Shown in pieces: positions 28,561 through 43,049 of a stretch of DNA of 64,000 nucleotides. The stretch is from contig OX597831.1 in the NCBI GenBank assembly GCA_951406725.2, forward strand, positions 17,422,001-17,486,000, in the 5' to 3' direction. The notes beneath the pieces were generated by a model, which had not been told where the DNA came from, did no database searches, and saw only the letters and a list, made by a program, of their open reading frames with translations. Position numbers and translations under genes: made by a program. The stretch is from Octopus vulgaris. Taxonomy: Eukaryota. Each line of letters starts with the position of its first letter. The first letter of the stretch is position 1.

Positions 28561-29856
28561 AAATCACTATTCTGAAGTAAGCCGTAATTGTTTTAGCGAA
28601 GTCTCAAACTGGTCAGCCAATATTTCTGATGGATAATAAATAATATGACGGTGCTAAAATAGCTATGGAGATGTTTGCATCTGAAAATTATTTAGTAATG
28701 TGTTGCACAGCTTTGGGCCCTGTCTATAAACCCACTGAACATTTCTGGAAGCTACTTGGTGATAAGATCAAACAGCACTGACCTGTGAATGTCATGATAT
28801 TGTGGGAAATACATGAGGAAGAATGGAATACAATTACCTCAAAACAATATGAAAATTTAACCAAATACTCTGGTTGGAAATGCGTTGACTCCCTTAAAGA
28901 TAAAGGAATATAGATATCTTATTAATATAGTGATGCGGATTGGAAAAATATCTGGCAAAATTTGTTTTCGCTGAATTTTACATTATATGTACTATAAACT
29001 GGACCGTCTTGTATTTTCCAAATAAATGTTTCGTTTTATAAATTATTAATCAGATCCTACTCATTTTTATAACAAGTAATAAACATACTGTAATGACAGG
29101 GTCCCTTATTAGGTTGACAACATCGAATTTGTTATAAGGAATTAACCTGTTATTTTTAAGTTGTGGAATCTATTTCACATGTCGCCCACAGACACCTTCC
29201 ATTGCAAAGAGAAATAATGAGTGATAAAAATGGCTTTATTTATAGCGGTTTTTACCTGGTATTTCGAAATATTTAAGGTTTTTGAAACTGTCTTAGTCAT
29301 AATGGTGACTCGTTTATAATTAAATCGATTTTTCGTCTGTGTATTTTATAATAACATGTTAGGACATACATATATTCATAAATAATTTTTTACATTACTT
29401 TTGAATTATCTAACTCTCCCAACTCATTTCCGGTGGTTTTGCAGTGGCTCAAATTCGCCCGTCTTTTCTTGTAAACGCTGTGCACGGCATTTGAATGCAA
29501 AACTTGAATGTGTAGGTAGAGGACGATACAGTTCACTTGTCAGTCGGGATAAATGTTAGTCCCAATATAAGGTCTTGTTTTGATTTCCCTCTAGCGAAGT
29601 ATTCAAGAGACGAATGCGTCCCGTAATAGGTTCCTAGCTACGAAATTGCAAACGCCAATCAAACAGCTATTTTAAAGTTATTGATTCTATTTGTAATGTC
29701 TCCTGCCGACAGTTCCTATCGTGAAAAGAAATAATATGAATGATTAAAATGGCTTCAGTTATAACAGTTTTGACTGTTAGTTCTAAACATGTAAGTGTTT
29801 TGATATTTTATTGGTTATAATTATTCAATGGTCATTGTTATAAACATTCTTCTTAC

Positions 29857-29914
<58 letters not shown>

Positions 29915-30059
29915 GTGTGTGTGTGCGTATGTGTGTATTTATATATACATATGTACCATATATACATACGTACATATATATTTGAAAATATACAGCGTGC
30001 GATGCGTAAATATTTATTATTTCTAATTTTGCATGTATGCATTATTTGTTGCTTTCGTC

Positions 30060-30800
30060 ACCTCGTTGACTATGCATCATAGAATCATCGGTTGGTCTCC
30101 ATCTTTGAGAGTTACATCACCATGATGCAATTTATCCTGACAGAAATGGAGAAACTACATGCCATACTGTTTGGCATTCGCCGTCGGATCTCCAATGCAC
30201 AAAATGCAATGTATGGTGGTGTGGATCTGAGGCCAGCGCAGGTATTCAATGTGACAAAATCAAACGTCATCCTGTTTGAAGTAATCACTAATAATTGTAG
30301 CGTTATCCCTGCTTTTCGATTTCCACTCGGCCTCAGACACAACTCGAAGGCCTGTATCACATGCCGTGCGGTGGTAGTGCGACCGTGGGATAACAGGGTG
30401 GCTACTGACTCCATACTATGTCACACAAGGCGGACAAAACAAAGCTCGCTGCGACAACATCAACCCCCAACATCAACCCACGGAACTCCCCAAATTGCAG
30501 CCCACCTGATTATCACGTGTCTGGAGCTCTCCAAAATATAGAAATCCTTATAACACCAAAGATGGACTGAAGGAAGGGATTATGGCAGCATTGAACAACT
30601 TAAAGAAGGACGATTTCTAGAAAAGCGGCACGTGATTCCAAGGTCGCCAATGGCAATTATAATATTCAAGGAATGTACTCTTTGGCTTTTCAAGATATTT
30701 TCGTGTCAATTTGGGAAAAATATCTTCTAAAATGCGAGATGAGAATTTATTCCATTTGGTTATAATTTAGGTGTCCATTTATTCACCCCACACTGTATAT
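30060..30800 (+). mobile_element. Tc1/mariner-superfamily fragment (paralog of 9680-10400)
   Basis: Sequence similarity within the duplicated unit. Confidence 0.6.
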
Positions 30801-30875
30801 ATACATAGATACAGAACTGACTGCAATCAATAGACAATCCATTTTTTTATTTTTCTTCTTTTCTTCTTTTCTCAG

Positions 30876-30933
30876 GTTATTTGGCTACGCCATATTAACA
30901 ACTGTTCTACAGACACAACTTATTCTAGAATGA
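30876..30933 (+). CDS. Microgene copy 2, exon 3 ((G)LFGYAILTTVLQTQLILE*)
   Basis: Strong polypyrimidine acceptor and stop at 30931-30933. The joined product is 59 aa. Confidence 0.82.
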
Positions 30934-31650
30934 AGTGCTATGTGAGAAGAATATTATGAACTAATATTAGTTCAAGTCAAATGAATCGGCATCACGAGAC
31001 AAATATTTTTGGAGAAACATTTGTCGAAAAATATTAAACAGAGAAATATATTTTTTGCCAAATCATATTAATTTTCATTATACTCTCTAATTTGTACTTA
31101 TCAAAACATGTACATAGTAAAACTAATAAACTAAAAAAACATTAAAAACATTATTAGTATTATTTAGCATTTTCTATAATAAACATGATATAACAAATAT
31201 ATATGTTTATGGTATATATATATATATATTACTATTTAAATTCTATGAATGTTTGGATGGATACAACTTCTAAGATTCAACAAAACATTCATAAAATATA
31301 TATAATAACAGGTATTTTTTTTAGTCATATAGATAAATACATTTAATTATAATATTAGTAATGTTACAAGGAATAAAAATGACTTGCCTAAAAACAAATT
31401 GCTGGAGCAGTATCATAGCATACTCTTAAGTATTCAAACTGGATAAATACAGAATAGTACTTAATCCTGGAAAAGAGCAAGATGAAATATAGTTCTATAT
31501 TTAAGTAATAGGGAATTATGTACGTTATTTATATTTTGACGGATATTTGTCCTAATCTTCTTTGTTGTTAACACAAAGCTTCGGCTGGTATGCCCTCCAG
31601 CCTTCATCAGGTGTCTATATATAAATATATATATATATATAGAGAGAGAG

Positions 31651-31706
<56 letters not shown>

Positions 31707-32276
31707 GCAGACATACATATATTTATGTGTATGAGAATTTGTGTCTGTTTGTTCTCGAACCATCACTTGACAACCGCTGTTGCTTAGTTTATGCCGTCGT
31801 AACTTAATGGTCGGCAAAAGAAACGGGTATACAATGTACTATGCTTATAAAGAGTATGTCCTATGATCGATTTTTAGACTAAATTTACGATATGTGTGTG
31901 TTTATTTGTAAGTGTGTGTATGTGTGTGTGTGTACAAATTAGGAAAGAAAAGCAGATAGTGTTTGTCTTTTCTCACAATTTAAATATTTACTAACTGACA
32001 GAAGGGCACCACACTTCTGGACCCATGGGATATTTTAACCCCGAAATCAAAGTTCAGCTGCAGTTCAAATCTGAACTTTAGTCGCATACGTCCCTGAGCA
32101 CTCACAGCGAATACGTATCAGTCTGAGTCACCATAACGAAACATCCAGGTGTCTCTTACATACATATAACACATCTTATATATATATAAATATGTATATA
32201 TATATATATATAAATATACCAACACACACATATATATATGTATACACACTAACACACACACACACATATATCCATA

Positions 32277-32308
<32 letters not shown>

Positions 32309-32593
32309 ACGCGTCTTTGAGCTACGTTTCAAAATATTTGTGTTTAAATTCTTTCAGTAAATATCGGAATTTGCTTGATATATCGGTTAACAAAATGTAG
32401 CGCTGAACAGCTTGCTAATTCGAGCTATAATTTAGATGATGTTAGCTGACACCATAAAAATTAGGCATCTTATTTTTACGAATGCACTTATTAAGAATTT
32501 TGTTACATATGAGAGACATATGTTACATTGTATCAAAAATAAGCAATCTAGAAGTGTTTTTTATGAAGAGACCACGGTTGTTAAGAGACAAAC

Positions 32594-32633
32594 ATGATGA
32601 AGATCTTTTGGAGCCTTTTAGTTTTTGTATCTG
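32594..32633 (+). CDS. Microgene copy 3, exon 1 (MMKIFWSLLVFVS)
   Basis: ATG at 32594, 40 nt as in copies 1 and 2, donor G|GTAAGT, hydrophobic signal peptide. Confidence 0.85.
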
Positions 32634-32874
32634 GTAAGTATCTGAAATTTTCCTTTCTAATAAAATAGGCAATGATGTTTAAATAGTACAACAATCAGTC
32701 TAAATGCTAGCGATGTGGTTTTAGTTACAATCTTTTCATTGTATAACTAAATAATTGTGTAACAATAAAGAGATAATTGTATATATATATATATATATAT
32801 AAATATATATATATAAGTTTCTATTTATGAATCTATGTCTGTTTCACTTTCTTTTCCAATCACACACGTAAAAA

Positions 32875-32932
<58 letters not shown>

Positions 32933-33080
32933 AATATTAGGGAATGAATCCAAAATTACAGGGAAAAATCTGATTTAGGGTTAAATCCAATTTTATAGTA
33001 AAATATTATATAATATAATTCGAGACAAAACCACTATTTTAAAACCAAACAAATTTGATACTGATTAGAAGATCGAAAAT

Positions 33081-33123
33081 CCACCTGAAGGTTGTCGGAG
33101 CAGACATGAAACATTTGTAGTGG
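33081..33123 (+). ncRNA. Hammerhead ribozyme-like motif inside foldback element
   Basis: CCAC-CTGAAGG-tTGTC..GACAt-GAAA-CATTTGTA-GTGG, one mismatch to CUGANGA, with a GUA cleavage triplet. Confidence 0.45.
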
Positions 33124-33539
33124 CGGTTTATTTAATTTATATAAAAATTTTATGTATTGATTAAGTCTTTCCTTGTTTGGTTTTAAAATAGTGGTTTTGT
33201 CTCGAATTATATTATATATATATATATATGTATATGTATATGCATATGTATGTCAACAATGATATGCAGCATAGACTTTTGTCAGTGAACACGTCACCGT
33301 CTCAAAGCATCGAAAATAATATTTAAATGTTGAAATGAATCTAATTAAGCTTTAGTAGATTAAAGCGGGGGGAAAACAATTAAGACAAGGACTATAAGGA
33401 TTGAAATGGAAAGAAATTACCAGTGCAAAATATTGGAGAGTTTTTCATCTAAGAGAAATTGAGAAAAATCGATAAAATTGGAGACAAAACATCGAGTGAA
33501 ATGCTTTGAAGTTATCTTCATAATCTTTGAATGGATAAA

Positions 33540-34275
33540 TCTTGGGGTGTCCAGAAAGTTCGTGCTGATTTGTAGTAGCTTACATTTCGACTTAATTTAG
33601 AACAAAGCTGGGTCCATAAAATATGGACTCAGGTTTGTCAGGCGATGAGAAATGGATTATCTACCGAAATGTTTAGAGAAAGCGATCCTGGATTAAGCGA
33701 CATAAGCCACCCTCAGCAACCCCAAAAGCGGATCTTTACCCTAAAAAGTTTTGCTTTGTGTCTGGTGGGATTCGGAAGGAATTCTGTAGTATGAGATTCT
33801 CCCAAATAACCAGACAATTCTGAGAAATTCTGCACACCACTTGATGAGTAAAAAGAATCAATTGAAGAGAAACATCCAGAATTGTCAACAGGAAGGGTGT
33901 TGTTTTCCAACATGATAATGCAAGTCCGCGCGTTTGTTTGGGAACCACACACTCGGCTGTGATGCATTACCCCACCCTCCATATTCACCAGATATTGCTC
34001 CTTCGGATTTCCACTTATTCAGGACTCTACATAATACTCTTAATGGTAAAAAGTCCAATTTCTGGTATGACGTAAAAAGATACCTTGATGAATTCTTTAC
34101 CATGAAACCATCTCAATTCTGGGAAGAAGGTATTTGCAAGTTAAAGTAAAGATGGAGACACATTGGCCAACAAAATTTGGTTCATATTTTGTTGATTAAA
34201 AGTTTAATGCCATGTATTTATTGATCTTTTTCTTTCCTTTGAAATTTTGCACGAACTTTCCGGTCAATCTAATAT
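33540..34275 (+). mobile_element. Internally deleted mariner with terminal inverted repeats
   Basis: Ends gtccagaaagttcgtgc and gcacgaactttccggtc; HPPYSPDIAPSDFHLFRTL motif. Confidence 0.82.
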
Positions 34276-35479
34276 TTCAATAGATTTCAGGCAGTCTCTC
34301 TCTCTCTCTCTCTGTCTTTCTCTGATCCTTTGTGAATGTCTGGTAGATAGGTGGGTAGGTAGGTAGGTAGGTAGGTAGGTAGGTAGGTTGGTAGGTAGGT
34401 AGGTGGTAGGTAGGTAAGTAGGTAGGTAGGTAGATATGTAGGTAGGTAGGTAGGTTTATTGGCAGTAAATTTGAAAAAAAAGATATTTGATCGTTTAAGA
34501 TATTTGATCGTTTAAGCATGAACAGCCTCCTTTAAAGGGATTGGAACGTTGCTCCAAATAATCTGGGATGACAACTAGCCACTGTACAATTGCGCTCAAA
34601 CTTTAAGTGTCGGCTGTTTTTAGAACTGAATTCCAAAAATAAATATACTAACATAAATATAAAAGAGACACGTTGAGCTATTCCGCTTCAGTACTTACAC
34701 AGCCTCACCACACATATTAAGGTATTCTGTTATGGTAATCAATAATGTACATTCATTCTATTAGTTTATAAAGAAATATGTCGATTTTTGCCCGGTGGAG
34801 AATTTTTAAATTCATAATATAATTATAAATTGTTAAATGATTGATAGAAGCTATTGAATGGATCGTAGCCCATAACTAATCGGCAATTGTGTTTTTGCAG
34901 TATTTAAATTTTCCTTTTTCGTTATATACAACGTAACAGTAAATAAATAGTTATTGTTTGAACAACATGTATATACGTGTACAGGTGTGTGTTCATACAT
35001 AAGAATTTCAACTAATAAGAAAGGCAAAAATTAAGACTTCCCAACCCAGATATCAATATGTAATTGTTTATTTCTAAATACGGCAGGATCCTGTGTAGCT
35101 TCTTTTTACTGACATCGAAGATGTGCCCGGGGAACCAAGTCTTATGCGTCCGGCTTGATGATTCGCGCGAATCCTTAGCTTCAAAAAGCAACACACAGAT
35201 ATTTATAGCATAGTGTGTGTATTTATGTATTTGATCAGTAAGATCCTGTATTGTGGCTCAGTGAGAAAATATAGAAGAATGCCAGGAAGATGGAGATTGT
35301 CCAGTCTATAATTAGTTATTAGGTGAAATTGTTTGACATTATCGGTGAGTTCATAATCTCAGAGAAATAGCATATGCAAACATATATGCGTAAAGAGTCA
35401 TGTGTATGTATGTATGTATGTATGTATGTATGTATGTATGTATGTATGTATGTATGTATATGTGTATGTATATACAGAC

Positions 35480-36540
35480 ATGCAGGAAGTAAATAGACAA
35501 CATTATCTTCAAAATGTTTTATTCAATACGCAAAGTGATCAATTGAAATATAATCGATAAGTAGGAAACCATAATAATGTATTTAGTTGACATTCCGTCT
35601 GCAGTTTCCAATTCAGAAACTCTTTTTGGCATTGAACTGATGAGCTTTGTGATATCCTCTTGTCCATTCAATAATCGACACAATTCATCTTTAGATTTCG
35701 GTTTCTGTATGCTCTAAAGACCTTTAATCTGGCTCATGTCAGGAGATTGGCTCGGTCAAGGAAGCGTTCTGATCCCATTTCCTGTAAGCCAGTAATGAGT
35801 GCTTTTCGCTGTGCGACATGGATCCCCATCTTCCATGAACAAAACTCGTTATGTAATCGTGTAAATACATCTGAAGCAGTCTTGCTTAAGAATTTCGATG
35901 TATTTTTCAGTATTTATGGTTCCAAAACATTCGTCCATCTCAGAACGACTATTGCTTGTGACTGTTCCCCATACACTTAAAGAGATACCGCTATGTTTAA
36001 CAGTTATTTAGAGACTTTTCACATCAAATTCTTGATTGGGAAGACTTCGGACCCAAACACGTCCACTGTCTGAAAATAATGCAAATCTGGATTCATCTGA
36101 GAACATCACTCTATCCCAAAATAATCTGGATTTTTTTGACATCTACTTATTTAATTTCTGTCTTTTCATGATATTAATTGGTTGAAGGAGCGGCTTCCTT
36201 CTCGCTGCTCGTCCGTAATACCAAAGCTTATGCACATATGTAACACAAGCTCTTGGACTAACTTCTAACTGTTTTGCAATGTCAAATGCCTTCAAACAGG
36301 GTTCGTTTCTACAATTCTCTTAAAACAGCGTATCTTCGTTATCGAGTGCCCAGGTCAGCCGGGACGAGATTCAGTTGATTCTTGGCTTTTGAATTGCATT
36401 ATGATTCTATTAACAGTATCAAGAGGAATTTGAAGATTGTCGCCAATTTCTCGCTGGGTAAAACCAGATAAAGTTTGCCAAACAATTCGACGTCTTTAAA
36501 AATCTGTGAGATCTGCACAATATTGGGTGCGTGACATCGT
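35480..36540 (-). mobile_element. Decayed Tc1 element
   Basis: Minus strand GYYGRAARRKPLL...FWDRVMFSDESRF. Confidence 0.75.
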
Positions 36541-37214
36541 AACTCTTTGCAAATGCTTAATATAATGGCCCCTTGAATGAAAAAGAATAATTATATTTTA
36601 AATTCCAGAACGCTGAAGACATATTAAGACGCTCAGAATATATGCATGTCTCTGTGTGCACGCACACACACACACACACACGCACACACACACACACGCA
36701 TACATATATATATGTGCTGAGTATATGCTAATTGACAAAAAGACGTAGATGGGTGTCTAAGCAAGAAAAAATGTAAGGCTCCGGAATTGAGAGTCTTTTA
36801 CAGTTCAAGCTTACGTTCTTCGACGGAAAGGAACGAAGAAACAAACACGGGGAGAAAATATATAAGGTTTAATAGCGAACGATTTATCATAGCGAATGCC
36901 GGACAAAGGGTTCACTCTCTCCGTCTTCCCTTTCTCTTGGACTTTCTTCTGTCCTCTGATTCACACGAAGAGCTTTGCTTGAACGTAAAGCTATCTTTTT
37001 TCCCTTCCCTGAGCCTCTGCTAATGCGTTGCGTGTAACACGTCCTTGCGTTGTTGTGTGTTGTCTTCTTGTTTTGGGGTGGAATTAATTATGTCTGTTTA
37101 CATACACATATTTATATATATATGTGTGTCCCTTTTTGTGACTCTAGCTCTACGCTTCCTTACTTGGAAGCCTTTTATTATATTTCTCTTTCTCTCTCTC
37201 TCTATATATATATT

Positions 37215-37365
<151 letters not shown>

Positions 37366-38163
37366 CAGTTAAAATAAAAACGAAAATAAATAAATAGCCT
37401 TTTATTCAAGTGTTAACCTTGATTCTCTTACCGTATCTTTTTCTACCGATAACTTAAGACCCTCTTATATTTTTCCTTAGATCTTCCTTTTCTCCTAACA
37501 CCCATTATAAATTCTGGTGGCTTTCATTTGAAAGCAAGGTGTGGTCAACCTTACTGTCTCTTAAGAATTTAATGTTTCTTCCACACTGACCTAGATTTTT
37601 GTCACCATAGAAATAGACTGACTTTTCTTTTTAGTGTCAATCTGTCTTTGAACCTTTTACACCGCCGAAATCTTTTTCTCCTTCCGTTCTTTTCTCCAGC
37701 TAATCAGCTTCCTTGACCTACCCTAATACCATCCCTATCACTAAAGAAAATTTTTCTTGCAACAGTTACATGCGAACTTAATCGTGGTCTGACTGGCATC
37801 TTTCTTCATGTTTCCTGAAATTCATATCCACTACTTTATCGGTATATTTACCTTCTCTGGGAGGTCACTAATTAATTTGAGAAATTTACATTGCTGGAAA
37901 GCATATATGAATTCAATCTTCATTTGCTTGGCATCTTGCTTCAAGTTCCTGAAACTCACATCTACAACTTTATCGGTATATTTACACTCGCTAAGATGTT
38001 ACTAATTGATTTGAGACCTTTACATTATTGGAAAACCTATTTGAAATTGGCTGAAGGTTACTTGACATATTATATTTCCTGTAATATTTGCAGGTTTAAT
38101 AAATTGTTATAGTATGAAACAATTGTACTAAATTGCCGGATCCATTCTTGTTGCTTATTTTTT

Positions 38164-38224
<61 letters not shown>

Positions 38225-38365
38225 TATATGTATGTATATATATATGCTAATGTAAAACATGAGGGCTTCTGCAATTCTTTCTGCTACCGATTTAAGTTAG
38301 ACAGACAGTTTAAAATTAAAGATCAATATAGAGTCATGATTTAAAAATCTTCTTTCTTATCCAAG

Positions 38366-38465
38366 GTGTATCAAGTATATGCACGATGGACTTGTGTAAA
38401 AATGCCGGCGGCTATTATTGGTGCAACACTTGTAAAGACAATGCAGCCGTGCGCCCTGTCCACGG
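38366..38465 (+). CDS. Microgene copy 3, exon 2 ((G)VSSICTMDLCKNAGGYYWCNTCKDNAAVRPVH)
   Basis: Acceptor tctttcttatccaAG, 100 nt open frame, donor GG|GTAGGT, 4 Cys. Confidence 0.82.
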
Positions 38466-38739
38466 GTAGGTATGAAAAAATTAACTACTTCACACGTTTA
38501 ATATTCTGAATAAAAATCCCTACACAATTACAGACCGTTTGCAGTAAAAATTTTAACGTAATATCTGACAACACTCCGACCTTGGTCTATTGATTTTACC
38601 TAACGTTACAAAGATTAATATAGTTTAGAAGTGAATATATAATCATAAAAATACAACGTAATGTTGAAAGACTGAGGATGCGATCGTTTACATAGGAAAA
38701 AAAAGAAGGATTGGAATTGTCTGCTATTATTTGTAACAT

Positions 38740-41080
38740 TAAAGGATCACGCTTGTTCTCCAATATTCAAGCATCTAAATATGAGAAACCGAAACTCGAA
38801 GTTAATCGTTGCCAATTAGCACGTATTTCGACGGATGACAATCTTTATGAAGAAGCATGATTGATTGTGTCCTTAGAAAAACGGCAAAACCATGGAAAAT
38901 AGGTGTTTTGCATTAAGGTATGAAACCGAATCTGCCGTTAAGAGACCGTTTTAGAACTGCTACAGGATGTTCTGTGGTTGTCCATTTGAAAGATGTCGGT
39001 TTTCATGCTTGTTCCCCCGTCACTCATAAATATGAAGAACCGAAAAACGAGGTTAAGCTTTGCCAAAGAGATCGTAATTTAGAAGGATGACAATTGATTC
39101 TGTCTGTTCCTCAATGACAAATGCAAGATCAGTTTGTTTGCCTCCGGTAATAGGCAGGACATGAGACGGCTGATAAATGAAGGATTGCTCCCTAAATGCC
39201 TGAATATATGAGTGAAACTTTCAGTTAGGCGTATAATGGTATGGTGAATGGGTTCTACGGCAGGTGCTGGGCAATTTATCAGGGTCCATACTAATGTGAA
39301 TGAATCATATATTGAATCATCCAACAAATTACGATAACAAATACTATTCTATATTTTCTGCATAACGTATTACGTACATTATGTGCATTGGACGGATAGC
39401 TGTTCTCACCTCGTTTCTTGTTACTACAACGTCTTGATAGATGTACTTCCCAATATTCATCAGGGTTCTGGTGGAATTTAGAACCCTCCTAATTCCGAAG
39501 CTATTATTGTTTCTGTTGTTCCTTTTCTTAGTAGCGTGCGATCTTATCCACTTCGCTATATGCTCATCGGCATTTATGGAGCGAGTTGTGGGGCTTATAG
39601 GCCTAAACACTTTTTTGTTTTCTTGATATCAGTATTAGGTCTGCTTAAATGTTTACAGCGTCCTGACGTAAGTTCTGCCACTTTTAATATTCGTATTTTC
39701 TAATGGTTTTCTCTGCCTATTAATTTTACCTCATCCCAGAGGGGAAAGGTGGTCTCCGCTTAACCATACATGAACGGCGATGACTACGATTCAGAGGCTA
39801 CCCCATTGATCAAATGGTGGATCAGGTTCAAAATTCCACAATGACACCTGGTGAAGACTGGAGAGTAAATCGGCCGAAAAGTGACTACAAACACTATGCA
39901 GACAAATAATGTGTGTGAATCAAATTTCGTTGTCTGGTAGATTTATACGTCTCCTCTTTTAAAATGTACTTGCCGTGAAGAAATATACATTTCCAGTCTT
40001 TTTGTGGCCACGTCTACAGTATTCACTTTTTCTGTCCAAGTGATTTTGAATACTGCTGAATAATTAATGATGAAATGGGGCAATGTCGGCGAATATGCTC
40101 GGTGCGGCATCGTCTCCCATCCCAACAGGTCCAACATTTGAACCAGCCTTATTCTGATGGAAGAATACATCTCGTCATGGAACCAAAGATCGTCGATTTT
40201 CTTCCAACGCTGACTTAAGCCCCTCGATTGCTTGCGATAGATGTCCTTTGTTATCGTAAGGTTTGGGCTTGAATCCTCACAATGGAAATAAGCCCTTCAA
40301 ACAGTAGGTAAAGTCCTTGTTTTTGTCGACTATTCTTCATAGAAGCATCAATTCGGCTCCGGTTTTGAACATAAATGCATCATGATGCAATTCACCGTCA
40401 CAGGCATTGGGAAACGTTATACCGTATTGTTTGGCATTCGTAGCGTAAGGTCCAATGCACAACATTCAGTGTATGCGGGTGTGGTTCTGAGGACAGCGCA
40501 TGGAATCAGTGTGACAAAATCAAACGTCATCGCGTTTGAAGTAATCACTAATCGTTGCAGCGTTATGCCCGCTTTCCCCTTCCCATTCGGCGTCAAACTC
40601 AACTCCAAGGCCTGTATCACGTGCCTGGTGGAGGTAGTGTAGCAGTTGGACAATAGGGTGTCTGCTGGAAGCAAGTATTCTAGCAACAGGACTCCACACC
40701 CTGCCATACAAGCAGGAGAAAACAATCATGGCAGCCTTAAAATTTCTCCGACAATATCTACTCCAACTTCAGGCCACACAACGCCTCAGCATGTAGCCTA
40801 TATGATTATCATGTGTTTTGAGCTCATGAGCGTCAGACGAAAAGACAGAACTCCTTATAACACCCAATGAAGGGATTATGGCAGCATTGAACAACTTAAC
40901 CAAGGACACATTCTGGAAAAGCGGCACGTGATTCCAAGGTCACCAATGGCAATTATTATATTCAAAAAATGTACCCTTTGGCTTTTCAAGATATTTTCGT
41001 GTCAATTTTGTAAATATATCTTCTAAAATGAGGGATCAGAATTAATTCCAGTTGTTTATAATTTAGACGTCCCTTTATTC
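38740..41080. mobile_element. Composite of Tc1 (+), mariner (-) and Tc1/mariner (+) remnants in intron 2 of copy 3
   Basis: Paralogous to the intron-2 elements of copies 1 and 2; WETMPHRAYSP motif on the minus strand. Confidence 0.65.
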
Positions 41081-41182
41081 ACTCACACTGTATATATACA
41101 TAGATACAGAACTGACTGCAATCAATGGACACATCATAATATGCCGTTTTATTTTTTATTCTTTTCTTTTCATGTTTCTAAG

Positions 41183-41252
41183 GTTATTTGGCTACGCTAC
41201 ATTAACAGCTATTCTACAGACACAAATTATTTTAACGGAAACTGTTATATGA
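41183..41252 (+). CDS. Microgene copy 3, exon 3 ((G)LFGYATLTAILQTQIILTETVI*)
   Basis: Polypyrimidine acceptor, stop at 41250-41252, AATAAA at 41279-41284. The joined product is 69 aa. Confidence 0.82.
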
Positions 41253-42090
41253 GAAGAATATTATGATGAAACCGAGCCAATAAAAACTTTCTGGCGCTTA
41301 AAGAATGAAAAAGAGGCAATTATTTGAAGAAGGTGAAATATTATTGTACTAAAAAAAGAAAACTAATATTAGTTCAACTCATATGAATCGGCATCACGAG
41401 ACAAATATTTTTGGAGAAACATTCGTCGAAAATATTAAACAGAGAAATATGATATTTTTTGCCAATTCAAATTAATTTTTATTATACTCTTTAATTTGTA
41501 CTTATCAAAACATGTACATATTAAAACTATTTAACTAATAAAACATTAAAAACATTATTAGTATTATTTAGCATTTTCTATAATAAACATGATATAAAGA
41601 ATATATACGTTTATGGTATATATATATTACTATTTAACCTCTATGAATTCTTGGATGGATAATCATCTAAGATTCAACAAAACATTCAAAAATTATATAT
41701 AATGGAACGAATTTTTTTCATTCGTATAGTTAAATATATTTAATTATAATATTAGTAGTGTTACATGCATTAAAACTGATTTGTCTATAACAATTTACGG
41801 GAGCAATATATTTCCATAGTCTTAAGTATTGAACCTGGATAAGTACAGAATAGCATTTAAGTCTGGAAACGAGCAAGATGAAAGTATAGTTCTATATTTA
41901 AGTGTTAGGGAATTGTGTATTATTTACATTATTTATAATCGACGTTTATTTGTCCTTATCTTCTTTTTGTTGTGTATTGTTAACACAACGTTTCGGCTGA
42001 TATACACTCCAACCTTAATTAGGTGTCTTGGGGGGTAACTTGGAGTCTGGTTTCTCACCCCTAAGGTATTTTTTATGCTATTATTATTAA

Positions 42091-42172
<82 letters not shown>

Positions 42173-42199
42173 TATTATTGTTGTTGTTGTTGTTGTTAT

Positions 42200-42920
42200 G
42201 TTTTCCTTCTTTCTTCAAATTTTCTTCCGTTTCACGTTGAGTGTCATCCGTACACCTAAGGCAGAGTAGGGCATTGTATGCATTCCCAGATTACACACGC
42301 AAATTCACAGACAAAATATGTATGTAAAAATTAATAAATAAATAAATTTATGGATGGATGTTATTTTCACAGTGATAATGCTCTTCTCAGTACTTGAGCC
42401 TCTCCAGTTAATACGATTTTTTACACTTCCTGTAGGGATGGTAAGCCTGGAATAATTTTCAAATAGGTTTCAGTATCTTTTTTTTACCATTCTTAGAGAT
42501 CCTACAATCACTGGTACTGTAGTCGTCTTGAGATGCCACATTTCTTCAATTTCTATTAGCAGGTCTTTATATTTACTAATCTAGTCAAATTCTTTCGCCG
42601 CTATATTGTGTTCACAGGGAATACTCATGTCAATTAATAAACACATCTTTTTTGTCTGATCTTTTATAGTAATATCCGGTTTATTAGATTTTATAGCCCT
42701 GTCGGTCTGCACGGGGAAGTCCCATAGAATCGACACATATACTTCCTCAGTCACAGCTTCAGGATGGTGTTTATACCATTTGTCAGTGGTTTTGATTTTA
42801 TAATGCCGACATATTGTCCATTGTAATACTGGCCGACTCTGTCACGTCTAGCTTTATATTCTGCATGTCCGAAGACTCTACACCCTGAGATTAGGTGGTC
42901 TATTGTTTCAATCTTCAATA
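42200..42920 (-). mobile_element. R4/Dong-type RLE retrotransposon 3' fragment
   Basis: ETIDHLISGC and KPDII motifs; lies within (TAA)n. Confidence 0.8.
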
Positions 42921-42950
42921 TTATTATAATAATTAATTTTTTTATTATTA

Positions 42951-43023
<73 letters not shown>

Positions 43024-43049
43024 CATTATTATTATTATTATTATTATTA

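Larger units (their letters stand above)
19300..31550 (+). repeat. Segmental duplication unit B (carries copy 2)
   Basis: Colinear with unit A. Confidence 0.85.

Noticed and set aside
35087-35213. GC-richer possible internal exon in intron 1 of copies 3 and 4
   Set aside because: The phase-1 frame stops after a few codons (TGA) and no compatible donor was seen.
37790-38030. About 115-bp imperfect tandem pair (also about 55220-55460)
   Set aside because: Only two decayed units, probably within an old retroelement remnant; not a CRISPR-like or coding array.
38366-38465. Ly6/three-finger or neuropeptide identity (CxxDLC, YYWC motifs)
   Set aside because: Only 2-4 Cys in about 20 residues versus 8-10 Cys in about 70-80 for Ly6, and no dibasic or amidation sites typical of neuropeptides. 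A distant relationship is not excluded.
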